44,558 nucleotides of DNA from Cyanophyceae cyanobacterium (GTDB taxonomy: Bacteria > Cyanobacteriota > Cyanobacteriia > Cyanobacteriales > Laspinemataceae): positions 1-44,558 of the forward strand of contig JBBQFN010000039.1 of NCBI GenBank assembly GCA_038321985.1, written 5' to 3'. A program made the translations under genes and the position numbers. The notes below the pieces were generated by a model. It was not told where the DNA came from, did no database searches, and was given only the letters and a program-made list of their open reading frames with translations. Shown piece after piece: positions 1 to 10,561 of this stretch; the first letter of the stretch is position 1; each line of letters opens with the position of its first letter.

Positions 1-4
1 AGCA

Positions 5-382
5 ATGCATAAGATCCTGTTGGTAGAAGATAATGAGATGAATCGGGATATGCTATTGCGTCGTCTGAAGCGTCGGGGCTATGAGGTCATCGTAGCCGTC
101 GATGGCGGACAAGGCGTCACAATGGCTCATGCCGAAACACCAGACTTGATTTTGATGGATATGAGTTTGCCGGTACTGGATGGGTGGGAAGCAACCCGGC
201 GGATCAAAGCTGCACCGGATACCCACGGGATACCGATTATTGCATTGACTGCTCATGCTATGTCTGGCGATCGCGAGAAATGTCTGGAGGCAGGATGCGA
301 TGATTATGACACCAAACCCGTAGAATTTCCCCGATTGTTGGAGAAAATTCAGTTACATATTTCCAAGCAGCCTACGGTTTAG
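5..382 (+). CDS. Single-domain response regulator (CheY/DivK-like receiver)
   Basis: KILLVEDN, DLILMD (phospho-Asp), IPIIALTAHA and YDTKP motifs; no output domain. Confidence 0.95.
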   Translation: MHKILLVEDNEMNRDMLLRRLKRRGYEVIVAVDGGQGVTMAHAETPDLILMDMSLPVLDGWEATRRIKAAPDTHGIPIIALTAHAMSGDREKCLEAGCDDYDTKPVEFPRLLEKIQLHISKQPTV

Positions 383-783
383 AATTGTTATTGATCGGGG
401 GCACTCGCCTCGGCTTCAGGGTATCAATTCAGGAAATAGAGGAGAGAAAATCGCTGGGGTGTTTAAGTCGCGGGGCCAATTGATTCACTCTTTTTCAGCA
501 ATTAATGGGGTTTCTATAATCGGTGAAATAACGAGAGAAAAGAATAGAAACAGAAGGTAAATCAATGATGCACAGGACCTGCCAGTTCGGGCAGTAATTT
601 CGGCGATCATCAACTCGAATTTCCCCCTTAACGAGCGATCGCCTGAAATTACATCAACGTTTCCCTTTCCTGGAAGTCCTCTAGTATGGGGAATCAAAAA
701 GCGCACTTAAAACAGCAATTGATGACACCCCGTTGATGATCAGACAGGAACTTAACCCTCTTAACTAAAGAGATCTCCTCAAG

Positions 784-3700
784 ATGCCTATTAATTTACC
801 CCCGGAGAATTTAAAGCTCAATCCAGCGGTGGACTCTACCCCCAACAATCCCCGGGTGGGTCTGATTCAAGCCTACACCCTGGCGGGGATCGTCTTGGGT
901 TGTAGTATCCCATTCGGTGCATGGGTCCTGGATATGCTGATTCGAGATCTGGACTGGTCTTTAGGGGCGATCGCCCAAGTACACTCCACCAATCCACTCC
1001 ACTGGATCCTAGACCTGAATCCCCTATTACTCGGCTGGATCGGTTGGACTTTCGGACAATTAAAAATCGCCCAAGCGGGTATCCCCCAGTTGCCTTTGCG
1101 CCTCAGTCCCCTGGAAGGCAACTACCACCGAGTCGAATCCCTCAACACCCCAAATGCGGACCGACTGGCACTTTACCTCAATCATCTCCCCATTGCTGTG
1201 ATTGAATGTAACCTCAACGGTGAGATCCAAACCTGGAATTCCACTGCTGAAACCCTATTTGGTTATAGTGCTATCGAAGCGATCGCCACGTCGTTACTAA
1301 CGGCGATCGTCCCGGAAAATGCATCGGCGGATTTCCAACGCCAGTGGAACCAGCTATTAACCAACCCCTGTAGGCAGTATTGGCGGTTAAAAAATCGCAC
1401 CCGAGACGGCAGAACCCTAACTTGTGAGTGGAATGTTGTTCCCCTCCTGAATCAGTCCGGTGAACCCATTGGAGTTGCCGCTTTAATCTCTGAAATTACG
1501 CAGCAGGTGCAAACCGAAACCGCTTTACGCGATAGCGAAGCTCGATTGCGCCTCCTCTCGGAAGCAACCTTTGAAGGCATCATCATTCACGTCCGAGGAA
1601 AAATCATTGATGTCAATCAAGTTCTTCTGGAAATGATCGGCTATTCCAAACAAGATTTAATGGGCAAAGATGCCCTGATTTTTCTAACTCCTGACTCTCG
1701 GAAAATTGCCCTGAAAGCAATTATTTCTAAAGAAAAAAATCCCTATGAAGTAAAAATCGTCAGAAAAGATGGAAAAATTTTTCCCGTCGAAATTCAGGGG
1801 AAAGAAATTTTAAATTTGAGGAGAGGGTTGCGGGTAGCGGCAGTGCGAGACATTAGCGATCGCAAGCGTTCCCAAGACCTCGAAAAATTGCTCATCGCCA
1901 CCGTCACTGAAAATCAACGGACCCTGGCTACCCTGATGAGCAACCTTCCCGGAATGGTTTATCGCTGTCAAAATGACTCTAAATGGACAATGGAATTTGT
2001 CAGCGATGGATGTCTAGCTTTAACCGGGTACAATCCCGCCGATATCATTGGCAATCGCAGCCTTTCTTTTTCACAACTCATCCATTCTGACGATCAACCC
2101 AAAATTTGGGAAAAGATTCAATTTAGTTTACAACAACAACAGCCTTTTGAATGTATTTACAGAATTATCACCCGCAATGGCGAAACCAAATGGGTTTGGG
2201 AACAAGGACGGGGAATCTTTTCAGTAACGGGAGAATTATTTGCCCTAGAAGGTTACATGACCGATATCACGGAACGCACTAAATCGGTGGAAGCCCTGCG
2301 TTCCAGTGAAGCCCGCTATCGGGCCATTTCTGAACTAGCTTCTGACTTTGTATATTCCATGACTCTCAATGCTGAAGGTGAGCTAATCGCGGAATGGGTT
2401 ACGGAATCGTTTAAGCGGATCACCGGCTATAGCCTAGAGGAAATTAACCAAAAAGGAGGCTGGCATCAAGTCATTCATGGGGAAGATTTGCCGAAGTTGC
2501 GGCAATTTGAGCGAGAGCTCCTGGGTGATACTGGGGCGGTGGTGGAATACCGAATTTTTACAAAAGCCGGTGAAGTGTGTTGGCTGCGTGATTCTGCACG
2601 AACCCTTGATACTGACGACGAAAACAAGGGTAAGAAGGTGTTAGGTTCGGTTCAAGACATTAGCGATCGCAAGCGCTCCGAATTTCAAATGTTACACGCT
2701 ATGTCTTTATTAAGTAAAAGTGAAGCTAAAAATCGCGCCTTACTTAATGCTATGCCGGATTTAATGTTTCGGTTTGACCGTAAAAAAACAATTTTGGACT
2801 TTAAAGCGGTTAAAGGAATTGATTTTGGGAATTTAAAGGGTCATTTTTTAGGGAGAAGTTTAGATGAGTTTTTAACTAAAAAAGTGGTAAACTCTTGCAT
2901 AGATGCTTTAGAAAAAACCTTGAGCCATCAGGAAATAGAAATTTTTGAATATGAATTAAATATCAACGAAGAAGTCTATAGTTATGAAAGCCGGGTGGTC
3001 GCCAGTGGAGACAATGAAGCCCTGGCGATCGTGCGAGATATTACGGCTAGAAAGCAGTCTGAAGCAGAAAAACTTCACTTAATCGCCTCTCTTCAAGAGA
3101 GTGAAGAAAAATATCGGTCTGTGGTGAACACGGTTCAAGAAGTGATTTTCCAAACGGATGCCAATGGCTGCTGGAGCTTCCTGAACCCGGCTTGGACGGA
3201 AATCTCAAAATACACCCTCGAAGAAAGTCTGGGTCAGCCCTTTTTAAACTACATTCATCCCAACGATCACCCTGACACTCAAGAAAAATTTCAGAAGTTA
3301 ATGCAGCGGCAGATTGACTATTGCCGCCATGAGGTTTGTTACTTTACCAAGACTGGCGAAGCCCGTTGGATGGAGGTTTATGCAAGGCTACGACTCTCTC
3401 CCGATGGAATTATTATCGGCACGTCAGGTACTCTCAACGATATCAGCGATCGCAAAAAAGTCTCCCAGCAATTACAAGAAGCCAAAGCCGCCGCAGAAGC
3501 GGCAAACCGGGCCAAAAGCGCCTTTCTTGCCAACATGAGCCATGAACTGCGCACCCCACTTAACGCCATTATCGGCTACAGCGAAATTCTCCTAGAAGAA
3601 TCCGAAGAATTAGGGTCGGAAGAATTCATCCCAGATTTGCAAAAAATTCAAATAGCCGGTAGACACTTACTCTGTTTAATTAACGATATTTTGGATATTT

Positions 3701-4296
3701 CCAAAATCGAAGCCGGTAAGATGGAACTCTATTTAGAAACCTTCGAGATCCCGACCCTAATTGATAATGTCATTGCCACCGCCAAACCCCTGATTCAAAA
3801 AAATAACAATACATTAAAATCAATCTGTCCCCCTGACATCGGAACCTTATATGCAGACTTGACAAAAATCAGACAAGTGTTATTAAACCTATTGAGTAAT
3901 GCGGCTAAATTCAGCAACCACGGAACAATTACCTTTGAGGTGTCCCGGGACCTCTACTGGACCCCTGCCGCCCCCGAGAATTCATCCCTAGAGGAGACGG
4001 GGAAACCGATGAGCACCGATTCTAGTGCCGGGACTCCTGCTTCCCCCTGTATTATCTTTCAGGTGACGGATACGGGAATTGGCATGAGTCCCGAACAAAT
4101 GAACCAAATTTTTAACGCCTTTACTCAAGCTGACCCTTCTACTACGCGCAAGTATGGTGGCACCGGCTTAGGATTAGCTATTTCTCAACGATTCTGCGAG
4201 ATGATGGGAGGTGAAATCTCGGTGAGCAGTCAAGTGGGCGTAGGATCTACTTTTACAGTCCGCCTCCGCACTGTCCCAGTCCAGGCTCACTCCTAA
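784..4296 (+). CDS. Membrane-anchored multi-PAS sensor histidine kinase
   Basis: N-terminal hydrophobic segments, about six PAS/PAC repeats ending DISDRK/DITERT, H-box [17 protein letters not shown]-box [10 protein letters not shown] boxes DTGIGM and GGTGLGL. Confidence 0.95.
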   Translation: MPINLPPENLKLNPAVDSTPNNPRVGLIQAYTLAGIVLGCSIPFGAWVLDMLIRDLDWSLGAIAQVHSTNPLHWILDLNPLLLGWIGWTFGQLKIAQAGIPQLPLRLSPLEGNYHRVESLNTPNADRLALYLNHLPIAVIECNLNGEIQTWNSTAETLFGYSAIEAIATSLLTAIVPENASADFQRQWNQLLTNPCRQYWRLKNRTRDGRTLTCEWNVVPLLNQSGEPIGVAALISEITQQVQTETALRDSEARLRLLSEATFEGIIIHVRGKIIDVNQVLLEMIGYSKQDLMGKDALIFLTPDSRKIALKAIISKEKNPYEVKIVRKDGKIFPVEIQGKEILNLRRGLRVAAVRDISDRKRSQDLEKLLIATVTENQRTLATLMSNLPGMVYRCQNDSKWTMEFVSDGCLALTGYNPADIIGNRSLSFSQLIHSDDQPKIWEKIQFSLQQQQPFECIYRIITRNGETKWVWEQGRGIFSVTGELFALEGYMTDITERTKSVEALRSSEARYRAISELASDFVYSMTLNAEGELIAEWVTESFKRITGYSLEEINQKGGWHQVIHGEDLPKLRQFERELLGDTGAVVEYRIFTKAGEVCWLRDSARTLDTDDENKGKKVLGSVQDISDRKRSEFQMLHAMSLLSKSEAKNRALLNAMPDLMFRFDRKKTILDFKAVKGIDFGNLKGHFLGRSLDEFLTKKVVNSCIDALEKTLSHQEIEIFEYELNINEEVYSYESRVVASGDNEALAIVRDITARKQSEAEKLHLIASLQESEEKYRSVVNTVQEVIFQTDANGCWSFLNPAWTEISKYTLEESLGQPFLNYIHPNDHPDTQEKFQKLMQRQIDYCRHEVCYFTKTGEARWMEVYARLRLSPDGIIIGTSGTLNDISDRKKVSQQLQEAKAAAEAANRAKSAFLANMSHELRTPLNAIIGYSEILLEESEELGSEEFIPDLQKIQIAGRHLLCLINDILDISKIEAGKMELYLETFEIPTLIDNVIATAKPLIQKNNNTLKSICPPDIGTLYADLTKIRQVLLNLLSNAAKFSNHGTITFEVSRDLYWTPAAPENSSLEETGKPMSTDSSAGTPASPCIIFQVTDTGIGMSPEQMNQIFNAFTQADPSTTRKYGGTGLGLAISQRFCEMMGGEISVSSQVGVGSTFTVRLRTVPVQAHS

Positions 4297-4361
4297 GCCT
4301 CAAACGAGACATTTTCAGGGGAAAATTCTCTGGCACAGGGATAGACACTCCAAGAAATAGG

Positions 4362-4367
4362 TAGAAT
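4362..4367 (+). promoter_or_regulatory. Putative -10 element (TAGAAT) for the structured RNA or the cyclase leader
   Basis: TAGAAT ends 4 nt before the GGGAG that opens the terminal stem; no clear -35. Confidence 0.45.
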
Positions 4368-4371
4368 CCTA

Positions 4372-4574
4372 GGGAGTTTCCATCTAAACCAGATGTAACG
4401 GAACCGCTTGCACCAGGGGGGAGAGCAAACGCCCTCAGCGGCTGATTTGCGCCTTCCATCTCAGTCAATACTGCTATACGGACACCCATCTCATGCTGCG
4501 ATCGCCTAAAAATGCTCTCGATGTATTCTACCCCGTCACGACTCTCAAGGGTCCTACGGCGACTGGGACCTCCC
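4372..4574 (+). ncRNA. Candidate ~203-nt rod-shaped structured RNA (6S-like architecture; family not established)
   Basis: GGGAGTTTCCA (4372-82) pairs with TGGGACCTCCC (4564-74); GTAacGGAaCCgCTTG (4395-4410) with CAAGGGTCCTAC (4546-57); GAGAGCA (4421-27) with TGCTCTC (4513-19); upstream -10 and several G-U pairs favour the + strand. Confidence 0.55.
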
Positions 4575-4675
4575 GTCCTCTCTAAGAGGCGATCGCCCGT
4601 TCCTAACGGTTTAACCCCATTAAACCCCTGTCTGATTGCTATTTCCAGCCTCCTAAATTTTAAAGAGTCGATACC

Positions 4676-5740
4676 ATGAACCTTGACCAAGCCTCGGTGC
4701 TGGTAGTTGATGATGTTGAAGCAAACCGCGATCTCCTCTGCCGCCGCTTGAAGCGGCAAGGCTACCATGTTCAATTTGCAGAAGATGGAGTAAAGGCACT
4801 TGCCTTAATCCGCTCCGAGCCATTCGATTTGGTACTGCTGGATATTATGATGCCTCATATTAATGGTTATCAAGTCTTGGAGGAAATTAAGGCGGATGCC
4901 AGTCTGCGCCATATTCCTGTGATTATGATTTCTGCTGTCGATGATATTGATAGTGTGGTCAAATGCATTGAATTGGGCGCAGAAGACTATCTCTCTAAAC
5001 CCTTTAATCCGGTCTTGCTCAAAGCTCGGATTAGTGCCTCTTTGGAGAAAAAACGCCTGCGGGATCAAGAACAAGCAGTTTTACAAAAGTTACAAGATGA
5101 ACAGGCAAAATCTGAGCTACTTTTGCTTAATATTTTACCAAAACCCATTGCTGAACGCCTGAAGGCAGGGGAACGCACCATTGCTGATAATTTTGCTGAC
5201 GTCACGGTTTTATTTGCCGATATTGTCGGCTTTTCCCAGCTTTCTTCCCATTTATCTCCTCCAGAATTGGTAGAGTTTCTTAACCATATTTTCTCGTTGT
5301 TTGATGAGTTGGCTGATAAATATGGCTTGGAAAAAATTAAGACCATTGGCGATGCCTATATGGTGGTGGGTGGATTACCTATGCCTAGACCGGATCACGC
5401 CCAGGCGATCGCTCAAATGGCTCTTGATATGATCGATGCCACCACCCACTTAAGGACGAGTCATGGCGAAACCGTGGCGATGCGGATCGGCATCAGTACC
5501 GGCCCGGTGGAAGCGGGGGTAATTGGCACTAAAAAGTTTAGTTACGATTTATGGGGGGATACCGTCAATACGGCTTCACGCATGGAATCTCACGGTATCC
5601 CAGGACGCATTCAAGTTACGACTTTTACTTATGAACGCCTGTCTAAGGATTTTTTATTTGAAGAACGGGGGATTATTCCAGTTAAAGGAAAAGGGGAAAT
5701 GGTGACCTATCTTTTGATGGGTAAAAAACCTATTGATTAA
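4676..5740 (+). CDS. Receiver domain plus class III adenylate cyclase
   Basis: REC (VLVVDD, DLVLLD, YLSKP) then VTVLFADIVGFS, EKIKTIGDAYM, YDLWGDTVNTASRMES; Lys/Asp substrate residues indicate ATP. Confidence 0.93.
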   Translation: MNLDQASVLVVDDVEANRDLLCRRLKRQGYHVQFAEDGVKALALIRSEPFDLVLLDIMMPHINGYQVLEEIKADASLRHIPVIMISAVDDIDSVVKCIELGAEDYLSKPFNPVLLKARISASLEKKRLRDQEQAVLQKLQDEQAKSELLLLNILPKPIAERLKAGERTIADNFADVTVLFADIVGFSQLSSHLSPPELVEFLNHIFSLFDELADKYGLEKIKTIGDAYMVVGGLPMPRPDHAQAIAQMALDMIDATTHLRTSHGETVAMRIGISTGPVEAGVIGTKKFSYDLWGDTVNTASRMESHGIPGRIQVTTFTYERLSKDFLFEERGIIPVKGKGEMVTYLLMGKKPID

Positions 5741-6214
5741 TTTAATTCAAGTTGTTATTTTTAAAAATCCTCCAAATTTTATAAGTCTTAAAACCCGGTA
5801 TCAAGGGCCGAAAGTATTCCGGTTTCTACCCCGGGCGATCGCGCGATCATATACGCCCGACATTGAGGGTAAAGCGCGTCAAGCCTGAGCAGATCACCCC
5901 CAACCCGTGCGATCGCCCGCTTCACAGGCTGAAAACTTTCAACCTTAAATTCCTTCCTCGGCTTCCTTTTAAGGCGGTTACCTTGAGTTTGCCCTAACTT
6001 TCTCCCCTTTCAGGTGATCGGTTACAGTCCCCAGTTTTCCTAAAATTGGCTCAAATTACCCAATCCCTTGCTAAGTCCTTACCAATTTCCGGTCCACGGA
6101 TTGATGATCGGACAGTTCCTTGTTAAACTAGCTTACAATCACTGCCCAGTAATATGATTTTTAACTTAATTCGGCAAGGCTATGACTAGGGGACTTTCAG
6201 AAAAAATTCGATCA

Positions 6215-6508
6215 ATGGCGACAGCGCCGACTATTGCGCCAGACAAAGTTGGTCAAGTTACCCGCCAACCGTATCCGAATTATAAGGTAATCGTGCTTAA
6301 CGATGATTTTAATACGTTCCAGCACGTTTCCTCCTGCTTGATGAAGTACATTCCCAACATGACTAGCGATCTGGCTTGGGAACTAACCAACCAAGTTCAC
6401 TTTGAAGGACAAGCCACAGTCTGGGTGGGTCCACTAGAGCAAGCTGAATTGTACCATCAGCAACTCAGCCGTGCTGGATTGACCATGGCTCCTTTAGAAA
6501 AAGCCTAA
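6215..6508 (+). CDS. clpS: ATP-dependent Clp protease adaptor ClpS
   Basis: YKVIVLNDDFNTFQHV, VHFEGQA and AELYHQQL; in-frame ATG 6215 preferred over 6182. Confidence 0.93.
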   Translation: MATAPTIAPDKVGQVTRQPYPNYKVIVLNDDFNTFQHVSSCLMKYIPNMTSDLAWELTNQVHFEGQATVWVGPLEQAELYHQQLSRAGLTMAPLEKA

Positions 6509-6688
6509 TCCCTTTCAGAAAATCCCATACCCAAGGTGGGGCTTTCATTTTTATAACCCCCTAAGCGGCTTCCCTCCAGGTCGTCCGCATAACTCGGGTT
6601 AATTAAAAAAAGCGGGTTAGAAACTGGATTTTTGTATGACTGGTTCTCTGATATCAAGAAAACACTATTCTATTTTGGTAAACATTTC

Positions 6689-6985
6689 ATGGGAAAACCT
6701 TCTGGCGGTCGCTTAGTTCTGAATCACTCCACCCATATTCCGGGTTTAATCGCCATCCTGGAAAAGCTAACTGCTGGAGTTGGCATTCAAACCATTACTC
6801 CTGGGGTGATTGGCCGCGCCAAAGGCCACTGTCCCCAAATGAAGTTAAAGATATCTGTGCCGATTCTAGGCGGATATAAGGTGATTGCTAGGCAGGGAAA
6901 AACGGTGCAAGAAGTATTTATCATCACGGAATTAAGTCAAGCCGACCTAGAAGGGGCGATCGCTTCATGTTTGGCAAAAAAATAG
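6689..6985 (+). CDS. DUF2103-like small conserved protein
   Basis: GRLVLNHSTHIPGL, TITPGVI and IARQGKTVQEVF; ATG 6689 preferred over TTG 6632. Confidence 0.8.
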   Translation: MGKPSGGRLVLNHSTHIPGLIAILEKLTAGVGIQTITPGVIGRAKGHCPQMKLKISVPILGGYKVIARQGKTVQEVFIITELSQADLEGAIASCLAKK

Positions 6986-7127
6986 CTCCTCGGTCTTGAA
7001 AGGTATCACCCGCTCCCCACTTTTTCAAAAACCTATTTACTAACCTGGTTTAATTCCGGGCTGTTTCTTCACCCAAACCCCTTAAAATTAAGACTTAAAC
7101 GGTTGAAAGAGGCGATCGCTTCTCCGG

Positions 7128-7646
7128 TCAGGAACTCAATTGTGCATCTTTTTCCGTGACTTGCTTTGAATCTGCCTCGCGCAGGGGGTGTTTGATTTTT
7201 TTTTGCGGTTTAGAGCCTTTTATCTTTTTGGCATTCAGCTTCTGATGGACGGCTCTATAAACTACATGATAACCAACATCAACGCCACATTCTTCTTTTA
7301 ACCAATTTTGAATTTCTTCATAACTGGTAAATCCTTTAGACTTCTCCAAGTATTGCCTCAATCGTTCCATCGCTGTTGACGGGATGGCCGGGGTTTTTCC
7401 CGAACTTTTGTACTGCTTGAGTAATCCCTCTAAGCCCTCTTGTTTGTACTTTTGAAACCATCGATAAATGGTTGAAGTATCTCTCACAAGAACCGCAGAT
7501 AACTCCTGCAAGGTGCAGAGGGTTCCCGTTTTCAGTAAGTACAGCGCTTGCAGTCTTTCTTTCATTTGGACGCTGGTCTGCTTTTCGAGAAGCAGCTTCA
7601 GTTCTTCTGAAGACTCTTTAATTTCTAAGTTGAGAGTTCGTGCCAT
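7128..7646 (-). CDS. IS630/Tc1-type transposase N-terminal HTH protein without a DDE domain
   Basis: LEIKESSEELK, KERLQALYLLK, STIYRWFQKYKQEGLEGLL and GFTSYEEIQNWL resemble cyanobacterial IS630 OrfA; no catalytic ORF follows; alternative start 7700. Confidence 0.75.
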   Translation of the reverse strand: MARTLNLEIKESSEELKLLLEKQTSVQMKERLQALYLLKTGTLCTLQELSAVLVRDTSTIYRWFQKYKQEGLEGLLKQYKSSGKTPAIPSTAMERLRQYLEKSKGFTSYEEIQNWLKEECGVDVGYHVVYRAVHQKLNAKKIKGSKPQKKIKHPLREADSKQVTEKDAQLSS

Positions 7647-7972
7647 TTGTATAATTTTCCAATTTAGCCCAATTCCAGGGATTCCTTGCATTGATTCCAT
7701 GCAGGGATAGCATAAAATTTTTAATCTCAGCCTAGCCTACCGAAGCGGGATCGTCAAGAAGTCCCGAAAAAACAGAGGGGGCCGAATCCATCCTCTGAGG
7801 GAGGAATGGGGAGTTGAAAATTTACAATTGAGTATATATAACTAAGAATTTGCCAATTTTTTATATAAGAGGAAGCAGAAATTCTGGGAAATTTTGCCCT
7901 TTGCTCGCACTTAACCGCGCGATCGATTAAAATTAAGCAGATTTAATGAAAGTCCCTTCAAACGAACAGAAA

Positions 7973-8233
7973 ATGAGCAAATCAGGGCGAGTTCCGATTT
8001 CTAATCCTAAAGATTTGGACCCCGAACCGGGCTGGAACTATGAAGCTACGGTCGCTCAAATTGAAGCGATCGTGGAACGAGTCGAATCGGGGGAACTAGA
8101 ATTAGCTGAAGTTTTCGACCAATTCACCACAGCCGTTGAGTATTTGCGGCAGTGCGAAACGTTCCTCTCTCAACGACAGCAACAGGTAAATATATTATTG
8201 GAAACTCTGGATGGGGGGAGTTTTGATTTTTGA
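7973..8233 (+). CDS. xseB: Exodeoxyribonuclease VII small subunit
   Basis: [30 protein letters not shown] and CETFL; alternative start 7946. Confidence 0.88.
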   Translation: MSKSGRVPISNPKDLDPEPGWNYEATVAQIEAIVERVESGELELAEVFDQFTTAVEYLRQCETFLSQRQQQVNILLETLDGGSFDF

Positions 8234-8262
8234 AGGATGAATTTTGGGCCGGGATTCTTCCC

Positions 8263-9492
8263 CTAAGCAATACTCCCGCGTTTACGAGTTTCTTTGTAGG
8301 ATGTACCGACATTTTTCAATCCGGCTTTAATCATTTGTTGTTCGAGAAGGGCAAAGAAACGAGCGCGATCGCCTCCCCGGACTACAGCTTGATTATGGGC
8401 TTCAGCTAAGGCAACGGGATAGCCGTACCCCTTTTGCACTTGAGAAAGGACCATACTTAAGGCCATTCCTAATAAGGCTGGGTCTTTGACAACCCAGGCA
8501 GGCATATCGACTCGGGCAATTTCTGGGCCAACATGAAGGTAACAGAAATAAACTTGATGTTCTGGTGCGTATAAATCCAGAATCCGGGAGGAACTGCGCC
8601 ACAGGGGGCTACGCTGTCCCGGTTCAAGTACGGAGGCCCACAAGGTTGTATCTCGCAAGGGATCGAAGACTTGACAAGGTGCCTTGTGATCATAAGGCCG
8701 GATCACGGAATCTGCCTCGATCGGACAATGGGTAAAACAGTCCGGGTTGGGATGGGGACAGGCTGCTAACCTTAGGAAACTCAGGGATTCGCTACTCCGG
8801 GAGGCGCTGAGATAGCCGACGATGGGAACTTTAACTTGCCTCATTTTTTCCCAGGCTTCTAAAATGGCCCCGAGAATCAGCTCACGAGCATCGGTGGGTA
8901 AGGGTTCGAGGAACCAGTAAATCAGGGAACCATCAACCATTCCTAAAATAGGGGCTTCTGGGTGGGCAATTTGCCCACTGCCTGGAGTTCGCAAGGCTTC
9001 GGCTAAATCAGCGAGGGCGACTGCCTCAGAGACAGCCCGTCTATAACTCATCCACTCTTCGGTTTTAATCCCCCATTGCCGAGAAATATACAGGTCTTCG
9101 GGTTTGTAGAAGACTTCGGGCAGGCTATCTAAGAGGGGGAGGCGACTTTGGCCGTAATGGAGAATAATTCGACCGACATTAATTAAGTAACAGTAGGCAA
9201 TTTCGTGATGGGAGGGGGCAATCTGGGACCCATCGGTAGCGATCACGGTTTGGACGTTGGGGGGAGTGGGGATGTAGGGGGTAAAGTTCAGGGGTTCGGC
9301 AGGGATGGCGGAGGTAAATCCCATGCGATCGCTCCAGGTATCCCGTTGCTGGATCAAATGCTCTTGCTCTCCCTTGGCTTTTTGAATCAATTTTTGGGCG
9401 ACGTCCAAACGCTCACGGGATTGTGCCGCTTCTTTGGACAGGTGTTCGCTAATTCCCTGCATTTGCCGCGCGATTTTGGTGAGATCTAGCAT
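8263..9492 (-). CDS. nurA: NurA-domain nuclease
   Basis: ATDGSQ, MVDGSL and GYPVALAEAHNQA motifs. Confidence 0.88.
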   Translation of the reverse strand: MLDLTKIARQMQGISEHLSKEAAQSRERLDVAQKLIQKAKGEQEHLIQQRDTWSDRMGFTSAIPAEPLNFTPYIPTPPNVQTVIATDGSQIAPSHHEIAYCYLINVGRIILHYGQSRLPLLDSLPEVFYKPEDLYISRQWGIKTEEWMSYRRAVSEAVALADLAEALRTPGSGQIAHPEAPILGMVDGSLIYWFLEPLPTDARELILGAILEAWEKMRQVKVPIVGYLSASRSSESLSFLRLAACPHPNPDCFTHCPIEADSVIRPYDHKAPCQVFDPLRDTTLWASVLEPGQRSPLWRSSSRILDLYAPEHQVYFCYLHVGPEIARVDMPAWVVKDPALLGMALSMVLSQVQKGYGYPVALAEAHNQAVVRGGDRARFFALLEQQMIKAGLKNVGTSYKETRKRGSIA

Positions 9493-9585
9493 CCGCTCCC
9501 CCTGGGCATAAAATAGCCCGTTGTTGGTTTTGCTGTGTTTATTTTAGAAGGCCAGGGCTGGACTGTTCAAGGATTAAGCCCCGAC

Positions 9586-10434
9586 TTACGGCCAAATTGA
9601 ACAGTCTTGACAGAAGGTAGAAACCGACAATAGTTCAATCCCGGAATTGTAATTCGCTGAGGCGCGATCGCCTGGGGTATTGTATCCCCAGTCCGCTAGA
9701 TATAGTTTGACCGGGATGAGGTCGAGTTGTTTTTGGACGGATTCTAAGGTTTTTAATCGGTCCTCCACAAACCAAATTGTTGGGGTTGGGTCCACTCTTG
9801 CGAGTAATTCTCGAAGAATTTGGTGTTTGGGACGCTTGACATTTTTCCCGAACACTGCGCCTTCTGGAAGTTCGACGCCTTGTTGCTGGAGGAGCGATCG
9901 CACGAAACGTTCTTCTTTGGTGGTGATAATGACCAGTTCTTCCCCAGAAGCCAGGTAGGCACGGATGCGATCGACGACTCCCGGATAGAACCGATGTAAA
10001 CTTAACCATTCGGCTAAATCTTCAGCAATCCATTTATCCCGGATGCGATCGACGATCGCCGCTAAATCCGGGGGTTCTAATTGTTCCCCGGTGACAATTT
10101 GTGAACAAACTCCCGGCCAGTCTTCCACTATTTGCTCTTCGTTAATTCCTAGGAGGAGCGATCGCACCAATACCGGCATCTCCCATCCTGTTTCGATCGC
10201 CGGTCGGAGTCGATAAAACAAGGGGGCTAATTCCTCTGGGGGTAGGCGATCGGCATTCTTCCAGATTTGGCAATATGCTCGCCAAGTGGTTTGGAAATAT
10301 TCAATTAATCCGTCGCAAATGACGCCATCAAAATCGAGAGCTAGAATTGTCGGAGGGTTAGACACGATCGCAGTTGAAGTTAGAGAATCTCCTTGTCTAT
10401 TTTCCCACAAATCGTGACTCCCTGTCCCGATCAA
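9586..10434 (-). CDS. HAD-superfamily hydrolase
   Basis: LALDFDGVICD, ITTK and FVEDR motifs; true start may be GTG 10365. Confidence 0.88.
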   Translation of the reverse strand: MIGTGSHDLWENRQGDSLTSTAIVSNPPTILALDFDGVICDGLIEYFQTTWRAYCQIWKNADRLPPEELAPLFYRLRPAIETGWEMPVLVRSLLLGINEEQIVEDWPGVCSQIVTGEQLEPPDLAAIVDRIRDKWIAEDLAEWLSLHRFYPGVVDRIRAYLASGEELVIITTKEERFVRSLLQQQGVELPEGAVFGKNVKRPKHQILRELLARVDPTPTIWFVEDRLKTLESVQKQLDLIPVKLYLADWGYNTPGDRASANYNSGIELLSVSTFCQDCSIWP

Positions 10435-10444
10435 TCCTAAAACA

Positions 10445-10480
10445 AAAGACCTACTTTTTAAGAAAAAGTAAGTCTTTTTT
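10445..10480. terminator. Intrinsic terminator-like hairpin downstream of tRNA-Gln
   Basis: AAAAGACCTACTTTTT / AAAAAGTAAGTCTTTT inverted repeat with A and T tracts. Confidence 0.55.
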
Positions 10481-10561
10481 TAGATGCCTCAACGCTGATG
10501 ACAGACGCCTTAATCTAGTAGTTTTTTGAATTGAAACTCTGATTTATAGAGTTGGAGTCAA

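Noticed and set aside
4253..4774. 173-aa minus-strand ORF
   Set aside because: Overlaps two real genes and the candidate RNA; no recognisable motifs.
7128..7700. Active IS630 element
   Set aside because: No DDE domain in the frames read and no terminal inverted repeats found.
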